A DNA stretch of 64,000 nucleotides from Vairimorpha necatrix (GCA_036630325.1 CP142734.1:434001-498000); one strand, 5' to 3'. Shown: positions 51,401-64,000, counted from the stretch's first letter. Made by a program: numbers and translations. The notes: generated from the letters alone by a model not told the origin.

Positions 51401-52511
51401 GACCGAAATTCTATTTTCTATATCTATTGGGATATTTAACATCTTCACCAGGTCGTAACTAATGTAATTAATGTCGGCTCCATAGTCTAGTAGTGCTAGT
51501 ACTTTTCCTCCGCCAATTTTCACCAAAAATCTAGGGACATTGGCTGCCTTGCTACTACATGTTAATGTCATCAGTTTCTTATCTGAACACTTCTTATAAT
51601 CATTTCTGCCACCAGTATTGGTTTGTATTATGCTCTTCGATTTATTCTTTGATAGTTCTGGACAATTACTTCTATAATGTTGACCTTTGCAATTGTAACA
51701 GCTAATAAATTTCTTTTGAAAACCACTTCTCACATCTTCCGATTTATTCTTGCTAATTTGCATCTTAGATTGTTCTTTACTCTCATTCTCAGAATCTATC
51801 TTAACTGCCAATTTCAAAACTGCCATCCAACTCTTACAATCCCTGTATCGATTTGCATTCCCAACTGGTATATTCATAACTACCGTATTAATAACATCTT
51901 TTAGTGGTATAGTAATGTTTTTGTGTATTGAGTAAATTTCTAACCATAATATCTCGTTGTTACATTCTCTCAACTTCTTATGTAGTAGTATATTCAACAA
52001 TTTACTGTTGCCAGAAACTTCTTCGGGGCTGAAGTATTCTAAGAACTGTTGTTCAAATTCAACTACACTTTCAAACACATTATATCTTGAGCCTTCAAAC
52101 CAGAGTCGAGCTTTTCCAGTGAGATTAGTTTCTACAAAACCAAAATATTCTTCTTCAGTCCAAGATTCTCTAAATGGTTTAAATTGTAGTAAGAACTCTT
52201 CTGCTTCCGTCCTTTTACCATCAAATTTTCTGAAGTTGTATGTACCCCTGATGTTGATTTTCATTGCAGCTAATTGTTTTTCTAGCATCTCTACTGTATT
52301 CCTAGTCGTTTGCTTCTCGACTGGTTCCATATCATCTTCGTTGTCGCCATTTGTTAAATAAAGTTTCTCCTTCCTTTTCATAATATTTTTAGATGGGTAA
52401 AATATTTATTTATTATTTATAGTAAATATTTTACAGTAGATACTTTGGGTAAGTATCTACAATAAAGTAATTACAGGATAATCTCAGTAACTAGATTATC
52501 ATCCTGTAACA
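48443..52511 (-). mobile_element. Ty3/Gypsy LTR retrotransposon C with 160-bp LTRs
   Basis: LTRs 48443-48602 and 52352-52511. TSD CACGG at 48438-48442 and 52512-52516. PBS TGGCGACAAC (tRNA-Ser-like end). Purine tract AAAGAAAGGGAG precedes the 3' LTR. Confidence 0.95.
48562..52381 (-). pseudogene. gag-pol of element C, with a stop after RNase H and frameshifts in integrase
   Basis: CYNCKGQHYRSNC; LLDYGA (altered protease site); YLDD; TDASDIGIAG; RLAR* (TAG at a conserved Trp); NGQTERLNRTL; WTGPY. Confidence 0.92.
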
Positions 52512-53382
52512 CACGGAAATAAATTAAAGACTTATAAATACAGTTTGACTTTTGTTTTAGTGTAAACAGCATAAAAATTGGGTTTTATTCTCTTTAAAAT
52601 TAAGATCGCTATACTCATGAAAGGACTATGATTAACATAACAATCTTTAGCATTAAAAAATTGTAGATTATTAGATTCCATATATGTCAAAAACTGTAAC
52701 AGGTAAAATTAGCTTGGTATATTAATGAAACAAATGAAAAACTTAAACTTCTAAAAAAAAATTAATTTTATACTATATTTAAATATTTGTATATAATGTA
52801 TATGAGCTACTGAATTAAAGCCGAAATATTTCGTTTGCAATATAATAAATTTAGGTTAAATAAACAAAACAGACTGTCTATAATTTATCACTATAAAATA
52901 TCTATATACTTTCGTATTGCAATAAATATTAAATGTGTATTTTATATGTATTATATAAAGTTCGCTGTTTGATACTGACGTAGCCATGCTGGTAAAAATG
53001 CTCCAGCATGTTGTCGTGGTCGTTTATATTAAATTTTTTATTTACAATGTTTTGTCCTTTGGTTTGTTTCTCATTCCTCTGCTTTCTCATGTTCATCATT
53101 AGTTTCTATTTTTTGGTGTGGGCAAGGGCCAAATTTATATTTATAGTTTTCTTTGTTTGTTTGTAAACAATTCGTTCAGATCAAACAAACAAAAAACAAA
53201 AAAAAAATGAATTACTTGTGGGATACCACAGATACAAATTATATCCCATTTTATTCTGTAATTTATTATAGAATTTAATTTTGTTACACAAACTCAGTAA
53301 AACACTAATAATTCTATTTTTTAGTATATAAAAACTATAACTAATTATTTTTAAAAGATTATCGACATAATTTTTTGCCCTT

Positions 53383-53742
53383 ATGAATTTTTTAATGTTG
53401 TTATATGCTAAAATATTAGCTATAAATGCTAGTATTGTATCGGATCTTTACAATGAACAACAAACACATGAATATCAAGATGCAGATCTTGCAAAAATAT
53501 ATCTTAATAAACATAATGGACTTTCAAAAAATAAAGATTCTCAGATCCTCAATGCAGAAGAAACAAAAGAACACGCTCAACCAATTTTAAATGATGGAAA
53601 TGTCTGCGAATCAAATAAAAATATATGTTTTTTGCAGATAGAAAAGAATGATCAGCACAAAAATAGTCCTGCACATACTACAGATCTAAGTAATAATATA
53701 AATTCTAAGTTTTTAAACCCACATGTATCTAATTGGTTTTAG
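53383..53742 (+). CDS. Small signal-peptide protein; an in-frame TM-coding segment follows the TAG (to 53868)
   Basis: GCCCTT-ATG and hydrophobic leader. The frame after the stop reads RMHFMLKNFCKNNYWILKNLMCLTFFCMIILFVYLFFLLKH*. Confidence 0.65.
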   Translation: MNFLMLLYAKILAINASIVSDLYNEQQTHEYQDADLAKIYLNKHNGLSKNKDSQILNAEETKEHAQPILNDGNVCESNKNICFLQIEKNDQHKNSPAHTTDLSNNINSKFLNPHVSNWF

Positions 53743-55620
53743 AGAATGCACTTTATGTTAAAAAATTTTTGTAAAAACAACTATTGGATTTTAAAAAATT
53801 TAATGTGTCTAACTTTTTTTTGCATGATAATTCTTTTTGTTTACCTGTTTTTCTTATTAAAACATTAAAAATCTTACGAAATATTAGTTTGTATGATTAG
53901 CTTTTAGAGTAGTTTGTCTGTTGAAAATATTTTTATATGAAATTTATTTAGTCTTTCATTGTAACTTTCCATTTTATGTCTTTTCGTAGTTTAATACTTT
54001 TTGTTGAGGGTTCTGATCAAATATTTAGAAATAATTTAAAATGTTTCATAACATATAAATAAAAGGCCTAAATATATTGAGGAATTGTGCCAAGATTTAA
54101 TTTACATTAGACTGTTGCAGCCATAGAATATGCCTTTGACTAGACTTGGTAAGGGTATACAATCATCATCTAACGTATATTTTATACACTGGCACATATG
54201 TTTTCATTGCAAATGAATTTTTAAATAGCAAAACATTAGAGGTATTTTCTAAATTTTCTATAAAAAAAGGTATTTGAGGTTTACATATTTGTGCTATGTT
54301 TGTTTATGAATCACAAAACTCAATATCTTTTTTATATTCTAGTAGAATGGCAAAAAAAACAAATTTGCTTGGCTTTATTTTTCATACACGATAATGTTTT
54401 TCTCGAATGTTGTATCAAAAGCTTTGATATTTGTGCATTTATTTGGACTATCAGATCAATTTTTTTTTTATTTGAAGTTAAATTCAATATAGTATGCGCC
54501 TCAGTAAAATCAGCAAATGAAGAAGAAAACAAGTATTATATTAGTTTTGAATTAACCGATAAGTTTTTATGAACAAAAAATACAATGTAAATACCTTCTA
54601 TATGCCAGAAAACCTATACTAGACAATTATAAATTCAAATAATCCGAGTAAATAAATAAAATTTTAACCTTACGAGCATTTTTCTTGGAATTATAAGGTA
54701 TACTTACTAACCTACAATATTTAACGACGTAGTATTTATAATTACTGAATATTTTAGTAGAAACATAAATGAAACACAAAATCTTCATTTAATGAGACTG
54801 AAAACATAAAGACTAAAGACATTACTTAGCAATAAAAAAATAAATGAAAATTATAAAAATATGTAAGGAATATATACAATTATTTACTTTTAAAAGCTCT
54901 CTAGTTGCGTTCCAAATGATTAATGGAAGGGTAGATGATATTGGAAATCAAAAATTTAAACATCGAAGTCAATATCTCTTGATACCGCAAAAAAGAGATA
55001 AATAGTGTTACAAAAAACAAGAAACTTAAAACTATATATTAAAAACATAGAGATATGTTTCATTTTTCATAAATCAGTTCTAAAAAAAAAAAAATCAATT
55101 TTTACAAGTTCTATTGCACTAAATATAACAATAAAAAAATACAGAAAAACCCCTCGTTTTAATGTAAAGCGTTCATAAAAAAGCGTCTTATTTGCAATGT
55201 AAAAAATAAGACGATGCTAAGAAACTTTAACGACGATAGTACAAGTACAAAGAAAAAAAAAAAGTATTCTTTTCTTTCGTGCTTCTATAGAACACTTAAT
55301 AGAACAAATATAGACGTTTAAATCTTCTCTTCGGGGCGAGACTCAGAAAAGCTACTACTATTGAATTTAACTCTAGTTTTCTGGTTGTTACAATATTATT
55401 TTATTGGCTTTCTTTGGCCGCCTAAGTGGTCTGTATTGACACAGGCATAAAAACTTTTGCCTTTATCTTAATTTTCATTGTCAAGGAAGACTCTATATTG
55501 CTTTATATGTTGCGGTTACTTTTAAGATTATCATTGTATGAGACGCGAGAAAACTGAATTCATAATATTTGTATTGTCCGTCCAATGGTTTATTTAAAAA
55601 AAAAAATTAAACAAAACTTG

Positions 55621-56874
55621 GGCTAAAGATAGCTATCGGCCCACGCATTTGAGGCGCTACGAAATTTTTTGAACAAAAAAAAAGAAGTGCAAAAAAAAAA
55701 GGAGAAAGTAGGGGACAAAAAATAATGACCACTTTCGATAGTATAAATTCTTAATAATAACATAAAACATCTTTAAATAATTTTTCAAACCAAGTTTAGA
55801 TTTTTTTGTGGATAAATATATGATTTACATTTTAACAATTTTTTCAAATTTCTTCAATTTAAATAAATATTCCCCTTTAAAATGATCGAGAAGTATATAG
55901 ACAACTAAGGAATCATTGATGCATTAATAGAAAAAAAATTAACCACTATTTTCCTTCCTTTTTGCATTAATAATTTAAAAAGATGCAAAAAAAACTTCAA
56001 ATAAACTCATTTGTTTGACGAAAACATATAGAAAAAATATTATTATTGCAAACAAAAAGCCTTTTTTCAATGCACGATTACCATGGTTCAAAAATATGTC
56101 AGTTATTTTTTTGTTTAGTGAAGATATACTTTTAAAAATATAAAAAATATATTATCTATAAATAGAAAAACAATTAATGCAATTATTAGTGATGTTAGAA
56201 AAATGTTGTCGGTTATAAGAAGATTGGAGGACCTGGTATCATTGTAGAGATTAACGAATCTAAATTTGGGAAAGGGAAATACAATAAAGGACACAAGGTT
56301 GAATGAGTCTGGGTACTTGGAATGGTCGAAAATATAAAAGAAAGGGGTATAGTCTTACTAAGATAAAACTAGGAAAGCTAGAACTTTGGAAGGTTTTATC
56401 AAAGAGTACGTATTACCTGGTTCCAGAATCTATACAGATTGTTGGATATGAAACTCAAATCTATCAAAAATAGGAATATACGACCAAGATACGGTAAATA
56501 ATTCTATCGGTTTTGCAAATCCAATTAATGGATCCGTACAAATACGATCGAAAGAACTTGTTCTGCAGTAAAAAGAGTAATACCGATAAAAAATCGAACA
56601 GAAAATGATATAAATTGCTATTTAAACATTTTTTCATTCAGAAGAAACAATTCGTACAACCCCGTACTATCCTTATTGAACAAAAGTTTAAACTAAAAAA
56701 CTTGGTTTAAAAATTTAATTAAAGTCGTTTTATTTTATTATTAGGAATTTTAATAATCGAAGTGGTCAGTATTTTATTGTCCCCTACTTTCTCCTCCTTT
56801 TTTTGCAATTCATTTTTGGGGTTCAAAAAAAATCGTAGCGCCTCAAATGCGTGGGCTGATAGTTGTCTTAAGCC
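55621..56874 (+). mobile_element. Merlin DNA transposon 3 (degenerate) with long TIRs
   Basis: ~180-bp imperfect TIRs starting GGCT. 9-bp TSD-like CAAAACTTG/AAAAACTTG. Transposase fragments KIGGPGIIVEINESKFGKGKYNKGH, WVLGMVE, IYTDCW. Confidence 0.88.
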
Positions 56875-58701
56875 AAAAACTTGTGTCTTTACAACGCTAA
56901 AATTTTTGAGTGAAGCAAAAAATTTTATGATAGCAAGTGTTAGTGGTGCTGATATCAATGATACCTTAATGATTGGGCCCAAGGTTTGGGTCTGTACAAA
57001 GCTATCTTTTAGATAGGCAATTTTTACAGTTGACACAGCATTATTAAAGCGAAATATTGCTGGCAATTATAAAATAAAAGTTTTTGTCGTTTAATAACAG
57101 CAACAAATTACCATATATTGATAAATAGGTGTAGAAAACCTAGTTCAACATGTTTTTATTAATTGAAAAGAATTCAAAGTTAAAAAAATAAACCGTTTAA
57201 CATATCATTGGGCCAAAATTCATCCAGAACATTAAGCAAGCCGACGAACCCATAACATTCCGCGTGAGTTGCCGAAAGTAATCACGACAAAAATAACCAT
57301 GTTCCTTTATTATACAAGTACAGTAGACAACCTGTTTATGTAGCATAACTGCACATGGCATAACGTATATTGAACTTTACACGGTAAATTAAAACTTTTA
57401 TTCAGCCGAAGGCTATATAGTTTTTTTGATTGTGATCATGCGCATATCTTGAGATTAGGTAAAGAATTTTTGCAATGTATAGGCTTTTTGAGTATAACAT
57501 TGACATACAGCGGGTTCGAATCTACAATGACGTAGACTCAAATTTTTAAAAGATAGGCTGCGTACATTAAATATAAATATTTCCACAAAAAAAATCATTC
57601 TTTTAATTGGCGAACAAATTAATTGCTGTAGTTGTATTGATTGATTTATTCTCATATTACTGAAAAAATAATAAAGTAATAGATAATAATATTGTTACGA
57701 GCATACTTGACATTGTAGTTGTAACTTTAAGCAATTATAGTTATTGGTACTAAAAAATAGCGTCCGGGCTTACGGTCGAAAAAGTATTTTGAATCTAGAA
57801 ATGTTTTATGATTATTTTTTAAAAACATCACATATTAAAATAATTATCTTAATATGAGGAATTAAGAGAAGTGTTATGAAAGTAAAGCAATTTGATTTTT
57901 TTCATGAATTAGAACCACAGAAATAATTTTAAATTTATATAGCATATAAATATTAAACTAAAAATTGTCATGCAAATATTATCTTGTGCTATTCATTTTG
58001 TTTTTTCATATATAAAGCTGCATCAAACATATCTGCTCTCGATCTTTTAGTTACTATAATATTTTAATAAATACTAAAACTAAATAGCTTATCTACAGTA
58101 AATTTAAATAGTTTTTTTATTGTCTAATATTTTGATCGACCATTTAAAACGCTAGAATTTACAATCTTTGGCTTAATAATTAGTAAAATATATTTTGCAC
58201 CTTGTTATTAAATTAAAATTTTTAGCTTACACTCAATAATCAGTTACTAGTTAACTAGACATATTGCAATGCACTTACATCACGATTAATTGTCTTTATT
58301 ATATTTTTAATATTTTTCAAGAACTTGTTTATTACACAGAAAATGAATAAACCAGGGCAATCATATTCTGTTCGCCTGTTTTTTATAACTAGTCTTTTTA
58401 TGATCAAATTAAAATTCTTTTTTATATAATTTTGCTCTTACTTGTTTTTTTCATTAGTTTTGTTGTTCATTTTATAGTAAATAATATATGTTTGCATACA
58501 TTATGCGATCTGACTTTGTGATTGAATCATTGACATCTTAGACAGATTAAAGTGCTGATGATAAAAATATAAAATTTTAATTTTATTATGGTAAAAAAAA
58601 TCAAATGTGTTGCAAAGTAGATGCATATTATAGAAAATTTTGATCTAAAAAATTAATCATTTTTAGCACATCATTAAATTTTTTTGAAAAATTATTTCCC
58701 C

Positions 58702-59191
58702 ATGAGCTTTTTGTTAAAATTACTTGTCGATCTATTTATGATAAGAGGAGGTGATATGTTTGATTCTCAAAATAAGCAACAAGAAAAAGAACATGAAAGT
58801 AAAGAGAATAAAATATCAGGAGGCAAAATAAAAAACGGAGTTGGACTAAATAGCGAAAGTCATATAGATTTACAAAATATAAAAAAACAAAATGTTGATA
58901 AAAAAAAACAATCAAAGGATCAGCGAACGATATAACCCCGAAGGTTCATATGTCTTAGATATTCCATACGAACATAAAAATAATACAACTTTAATGGGGG
59001 ATCAAAATATAGATGCGGATCGAATTTCTGAACATCCATACATAAAAAATATGCCTTCTCGTTTTCCCGAACGATTATCAAAACGAAAAAAACCAATTAC
59101 TGCTTCCAAAAAAATTTATGTTATTTGTTTTTTTCTTTTGTATGTATTGCGGCAGTTATTTTCGCAATTACCAAAAAATAAAATATTTTGA
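58702..59191 (+). pseudogene. Small signal-peptide/C-terminal hydrophobic gene with a frameshift, probably at an A9 tract
   Basis: CCCC-ATG at 58702. Two overlapping ORFs join if one A is removed from 58900-58908. This could be an assembly homopolymer error. Confidence 0.6.
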
Positions 59192-60005
59192 AATCAGTTA
59201 TTAATGGTGCAAATATTGTTTTATAGACATAATCTAATGTTATACTATTGGGTCTCTTAGGTATTAGACAAGGAAATTTTAATTTGCAATTTTTTGTACG
59301 ATTCGTGCTTTTGTGCTCCATTTGATAGATTAGTGATACAATATTATTAAACATAATGATATTAATCAATATTGAATAAAACAAACTAATGCTAAATTTA
59401 TTTTAATTTTAAAGTTTTAAGTACTCATACATAAAACAAATTAATTTAAGTTGTATAAATACTTGATTCTTCGATTTACTTAGGATAACATTTCAAGATA
59501 CTCTTGACAAATTTCACATTCTTTGGTAGAAAGCCACATTCATTTATTTCCACAAATCTTTATAGCTTATAAAAAGTTGTATAAAAAATTATTTAAGCTA
59601 GTTCATGGTTGATTATGATCTGACAATACTAGTTAATTACATATATTAGTTTAAATATTAGCCAAAATATATCGTAAATAATATAAGATTAAAATTCCTT
59701 GTAAGTCTGCATAAAGTGTATTCTGAAAAAAAACATGTTATTTTGTACTTCGTTAGGTTTATATATTTTTTGTTCTGTCAAAATTTTGTAACGTTAAAGG
59801 TAAATTATGTTTGAAAAAGCGAATAAAAATGTCTTTTATCGATACATATTATATATAAACATAGACCGAAGAGTTAATATAGAATAGACATTCTTAGAAT
59901 ATACATTGACTGTTCTCTGATGTTTTGTAATTAGAAATTACATATTGTAAACACGATTTAATGAAAATTAAAAAAATGAAATTATATTGTTGTAGTAAAT
60001 TTTAT

Positions 60006-60554
60006 TTACCCAAGTTGTTTTTCTTTAATGAATTCTTGAATCTTTCTCATTGCTATTCCCCTATGACTTATTTTAGATTTAACTTCAGGCTTCAAATCGC
60101 CATATGCAATATCAGACCCATTAGGGAGGAAAATGCGATCAAACCCAACTTTGCCATTGTTTTCTCCTTCTATTAACTTCCCCTTTATACTTCCACTAAA
60201 AATTTCGAATATTCCTTGATTATAGTTTCCAAGTCCCAGAATACAACTTAAAACAGATTCTCTCCCAACTTTAGACACTAAATTTTCAATACAATCTAGT
60301 CCCATATTTAAAAAATCTTTCGCATATGGCCCGGGAAATCCGTTTAGAGCGTCAATATCAATACTTGTGTCATCGATCATTATCCATTTTTCGGGATGCA
60401 ACTGGCATACATTTTTGAGCTTATGGATGGCTATTTCTTCCTTAGTACCTTGTATTTCTGTTATTTCCATATTTAGTTGTTCAAAATGTAGATCAAATTG
60501 ATCTGAAACTTCAACAAATTTTCTGTTACTCGATGTTACAAAATAAATTATCAT
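60006..60554 (-). CDS. HAM1: Inosine triphosphate pyrophosphatase (HAM1/ITPase family)
   Basis: YFVTSSNRKF, EIQG, DDTS, LNGFPGPY, GFDRIF and KISHRG motifs. The likely start is ACCC-ATG at 60554, not 60572. Confidence 0.95.
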   Translation of the reverse strand: MIIYFVTSSNRKFVEVSDQFDLHFEQLNMEITEIQGTKEEIAIHKLKNVCQLHPEKWIMIDDTSIDIDALNGFPGPYAKDFLNMGLDCIENLVSKVGRESVLSCILGLGNYNQGIFEIFSGSIKGKLIEGENNGKVGFDRIFLPNGSDIAYGDLKPEVKSKISHRGIAMRKIQEFIKEKQLG

Positions 60555-61309
60555 GGGTTTAGAAATCAACATTTTAAATATTAAAAAAAAACAAAGAAAG
60601 AAAACTTATTGTCCATTAATACAAGTTTTTCTCTGATAAAACTTTGTCAATATTAATTAATTTTTTTTAATTAAATAAATTATAAAAATTCATATTTTTA
60701 GAAAAAAGAACTAATTACGATTTACATTAGTAAAAAACAATGCATTTTGAATATAATCCTTCGTCGATCATAAATTCAAATATCTTTTTGATTTTATGAA
60801 AGAAAATATTTTTAAAATAACATACAGCAATAAAGAGGTGAGTTACCATACTATTCCCTCTCAGGGGTGTGCCCTTTATTATTTAGACCCCAAAAAAGAA
60901 ATGCAAGTAAAAGAAGGAACAAAAAAGAAACAAATTTTACAAGAACTTATGATATTTAAAATAACAAAATACTCTATATTATTATACAAAAATTGATTTT
61001 AAATCAGTTTTTACTATAATATTAATTATTATGTATTTTTCTGACCATTTTCCTTATTAAGTTCTCTAACAGTTGGTGTACTATAAAAGGAGTTCTATTT
61101 AATAAATCTTCATCTATTAAAAACCAACTGAAAAAAAGGAATATAGTCAGACACAGAATATTTGTGGACATACCCTCTAATTTTCACAATTTTTGTAATA
61201 TAAAATATGTCGAATTAATTTAAAATATAGTTTATAATAGATCTTAATTTGATAAAAATTATATTTGATATACAAATATCTTTTTATTTGGTATTTTTAA
61301 TATTAAAGA

Positions 61310-62577
61310 CTAGCGTATGCTTTCTTGTTTTGAAAACGGGATCTTAATGTTTAGTTTTTTAATATGTCACTTTTCGGTAAATTTTGTAAAGTTTCCATTT
61401 TAAGATGAATGAGTTAAAAAAGGAAAAAACATGATTTTTAAAAATACTTTTAAGTAACATATAAGAAATAGTGTTGTTTTAAAACATTTAATAATCTCAA
61501 AGAGATATTTTGGGAACTTCTAAGCTCAATTTTGACACTTACATTTAAAATCTTTATTTGTCAGATGTTTTTACAATTTTTCGTGGAAGGGTTAAATAAA
61601 TTCTAAAAAACGATTCTGACGATATTTTGGAACTGTTTTTTACAAAAATAATAATTAGAATAAAAATGCATTGAGATATACTATACTCACTTACAATTAT
61701 CATATTAAAACATTGAATCTAAAAACGATATTTTAATAAAATGTTAAGTATTGTATATGTAGTTCCGAAATATTTTCTTAGAGAAACAGATAAAATGCCC
61801 ACACTGCCATGAATATGCAAAGACAGTAGATCATATGGCCACCCAATGTGATCGTATGCTTTCACATGATTACATGAGACGGCACAATGAGGCACTGCGA
61901 TGCATCCACCTGCAGTTGTGTAAGACGTATGGTCTATCCCATGCCAAAAGAATTAGAAATCATTCAGTCCAGGAATGTGTAGCTAATGAGTATGTTGAGA
62001 TACGAGTCGACAGTAGGATACATTCAAGTATTATAATAAAGTATAACAAGCCTGATATACTAATTGTAGACAAGTTGAGGAAGAAGTGATCGTTGTAGAA
62101 GTTGGAATCACAAGTTTTAACAACCTCCATGCAGTAGAAACAGAAAAGAAACATAAATACGACTTGCTCGCAAATCATGTGGCTTCCTCTACAAATACAA
62201 GCCGAAAATTATTCCTTATGTGATGAAGTGGGATGGAATAGTAACTAATTTTCACCGTACGCATATCAAAGTGCTCAGATTAGAACCCAGAACGGAAGCA
62301 TATATACAGTCATGAGTCCTTAAAATGACTTTAGAAAGCCTAACTATGTCAGCCAGACATGGGCTTGATACATATCAGGAAGGGGTCTTCGAGAGCCCAA
62401 TGAGTGAATCTCAGAAGGAAGTCCTGGAACTGCCAGACGAGACTGTAAGCGTATCTTGTGAAAAGTAATTAATAAGCCGAATATTATACCCAAATAAATT
62501 ATATATGTTTGTATATGTAGTTTAGAAATTTTAAACCCACAAAACATAGAGGTAAAAAATTAAATAAAATTCTTTTA
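61310..62577 (-). mobile_element. Second copy of the non-autonomous Helitron, interrupted by a LINE fragment and a Tc1-like element
   Basis: 61310-~61760 and 62520-62577 match 35890-36400, including the ACTAGCGTATGCTTTC end. Confidence 0.8.
61765..62508 (+). mobile_element. 5'-truncated RLE-type (R2/R4/NeSL-like) non-LTR retrotransposon
   Basis: CPHC..TVDHMATQC knuckle, RHN, KPDILIVD..VEV..K..KY endonuclease motifs. 14-bp TSD TTGTATATGTAGTT at 61751-61764 and 62509-62522. Confidence 0.88.
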
Positions 62578-63830
62578 CAGTTCATTTCAGTTTTATAGAC
62601 ACTTTGTTTTATTTTTATAGACACTTTGTTTCATTTTTATAGACACCTTGTTCCATTATTATAGACACCTTGTTTCATTTTTATAGAACCCTTGTTCTAA
62701 AATTTATTTTACTTGCCTTCAAAATTTTTAACCCTTAAAATATGAGAAGCCGAAATGTCAGAGAAGAACTTGAAGAGTACGTAAAGAAGAATCATTTGTC
62801 GAGATAGAAGATGAAACGCAGTTACCCCAAGAAAAACCAGGAAGATGATTACCAGGTCGAGTAACGAAAGTTTTCTTTCGTTACTCGACACTGGTATGAA
62901 ACTTATTGATATGGAAGTTGCTTTAAATCTCAATAAGTCTAGCGTAAAACGCCTATATAAAAGATATCTTACAGGAGAATTTACCAACCTTAAAACTTTT
63001 AAAACGGCAGGACAAAAAAAAGAGTGAATTTTTAAAAGATATTTCTATGGTTTCAAATATTATTGCAACAAAAATAGCCCTGAATCCTTGTCTAGGTCTT
63101 TAAAATTTATCCGATAAATTGCAAAATGCAAATTCCACGGGACATTACTCTGAGTCAACTGTTTGCAGACTTGTTAAAAAATTAGGGTATAGTTCTAAAA
63201 CCCCGACCTTGATTCCACTAAGTAGAAACAGTCCTCAGAACAAGCTGTTGAGGTCTCAATATGCGAGAGTAATATAAAACATATCGAATGATAATTTAAT
63301 ATTTCTCGATGAAACTGGTTTAAATCTGCACCTTAACAATACTTTTGGTTATTCTTTAAGAAATACTAAGTGTTGTGTAACGGTCCCGAATTCGAAAGGG
63401 ACTAATGTTTCTTTAATGTGTGCTATAAGCGTTAATGGATTATATGCGCATAAAACTAAAGTCAGAAGTTTTAAATCTGCAGATTTTGTCGAATTCATTA
63501 ACAATAATTTACCTATTTGTGAGCAAGAGGAAAACAGAATTTTAATATTGGATAACGCATCATACACAGAACATCCGAAGTAGCTGCTGCTCTTAGAAAC
63601 AAAAGATACAGTCTAAAACTTCTACCTCCATATTCTTTACAACTAAACCCCATCGAGAAGTTTTTTAACAGTTTCAAGTCCCGAGTAAAACAGAGACCTA
63701 GACCAACAACCACTCCTTTGTTAATTGATTGTATTGAAGACGTGTTGAACACAGAAGTATTCGTCATGATTGGTTTTTTTCTCATATGAGAGAATTTATC
63801 GAGAAAGCTCTAAGTCAATGGTGATTTTTT
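62578..63830 (+). mobile_element. Tc1/mariner (IS630-like) transposon with pseudogenised transposase; right end not seen
   Basis: TA|CAGT left end; motifs IFLDETGFNL, ILILDNA, LPPYSLQLNPIE; stops and frameshifts. Confidence 0.85.
62585..62694 (+). repeat. Five 22-bp subterminal tandem repeats of the Tc1-like element
   Basis: Units approximate TTTCATTTTTATAGACACCTTG, directly adjacent with no spacers. Confidence 0.9.
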
Positions 63831-64000
63831 TTCTGAATTTATATTAAAAATTTTAATTAAAAACTTCTAAGATGTTTTCATTGTTTGTGCCGTCCCCCAA
63901 GCGGAGGTACGTCTAAATGAGATTATTAGATTGGTGTATGTAAATATGATTTTTACTATATTGAGTTTTATTGCTTTTATTGCTCATCATCCTCTTTCTT

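Noticed and set aside
1541-57066. Many antisense or overlapping short ORFs (e.g. 1541, 8395, 12273, 50130, 51957, 56719)
   Set aside because: They are shadow frames of real genes or TEs, or chance AT-rich ORFs.
57505-57530. B-box-like GGGTTCGAATCT
   Set aside because: No cloverleaf or A box could be built around it.
13131-62320. Stop-codon reassignment, suggested by in-frame stops at conserved sites
   Set aside because: The stops are of all three types and replace different residues (Trp, Gly, Gln, Glu), and they co-occur with frameshifts. Intact genes end at normal stops. This is ordinary decay.
62585-62694. CRISPR-like array
   Set aside because: The units are contiguous with no unique spacers, there are no cas genes, and they lie at a transposon end.

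Overview
Very AT-rich, gene-poor, transposon-dense eukaryotic DNA, best read as a microsporidian genome (Nosema/Vairimorpha-like). This is an inference from intronless genes, a CCC motif just upstream of most ATGs, ricin-B lectin genes and the TE spectrum. The only recognisable housekeeping gene is a HAM1/ITPase. Other host genes are a 751-aa lineage-specific gene, its pseudogene paralog split by two retrotransposons, two ricin-B-lectin-like genes and several small signal-peptide/C-terminal-TM genes. Mobile DNA comprises three Ty3/Gypsy elements with very short LTRs (38, 70 and 160 bp) and 5-bp TSDs, three Merlin transposons, a Tc1/IS630-like remnant, RLE-type non-LTR fragments, two non-autonomous Helitron copies and a ~770-bp tRNA-headed SINE with a 15-bp TSD. 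Main points of interest: (1) a 3.07-kb Gypsy element with 38-bp LTRs, a minimal Gag and no visible protease; (2) all three LTRs act as mini host-type promoters, with gag starting inside the LTR; (3) the SINE, whose tail resembles insect R1-type tails; (4) a quasi-palindrome correction seen in one LTR. All calls were made by eye, with no database searches.
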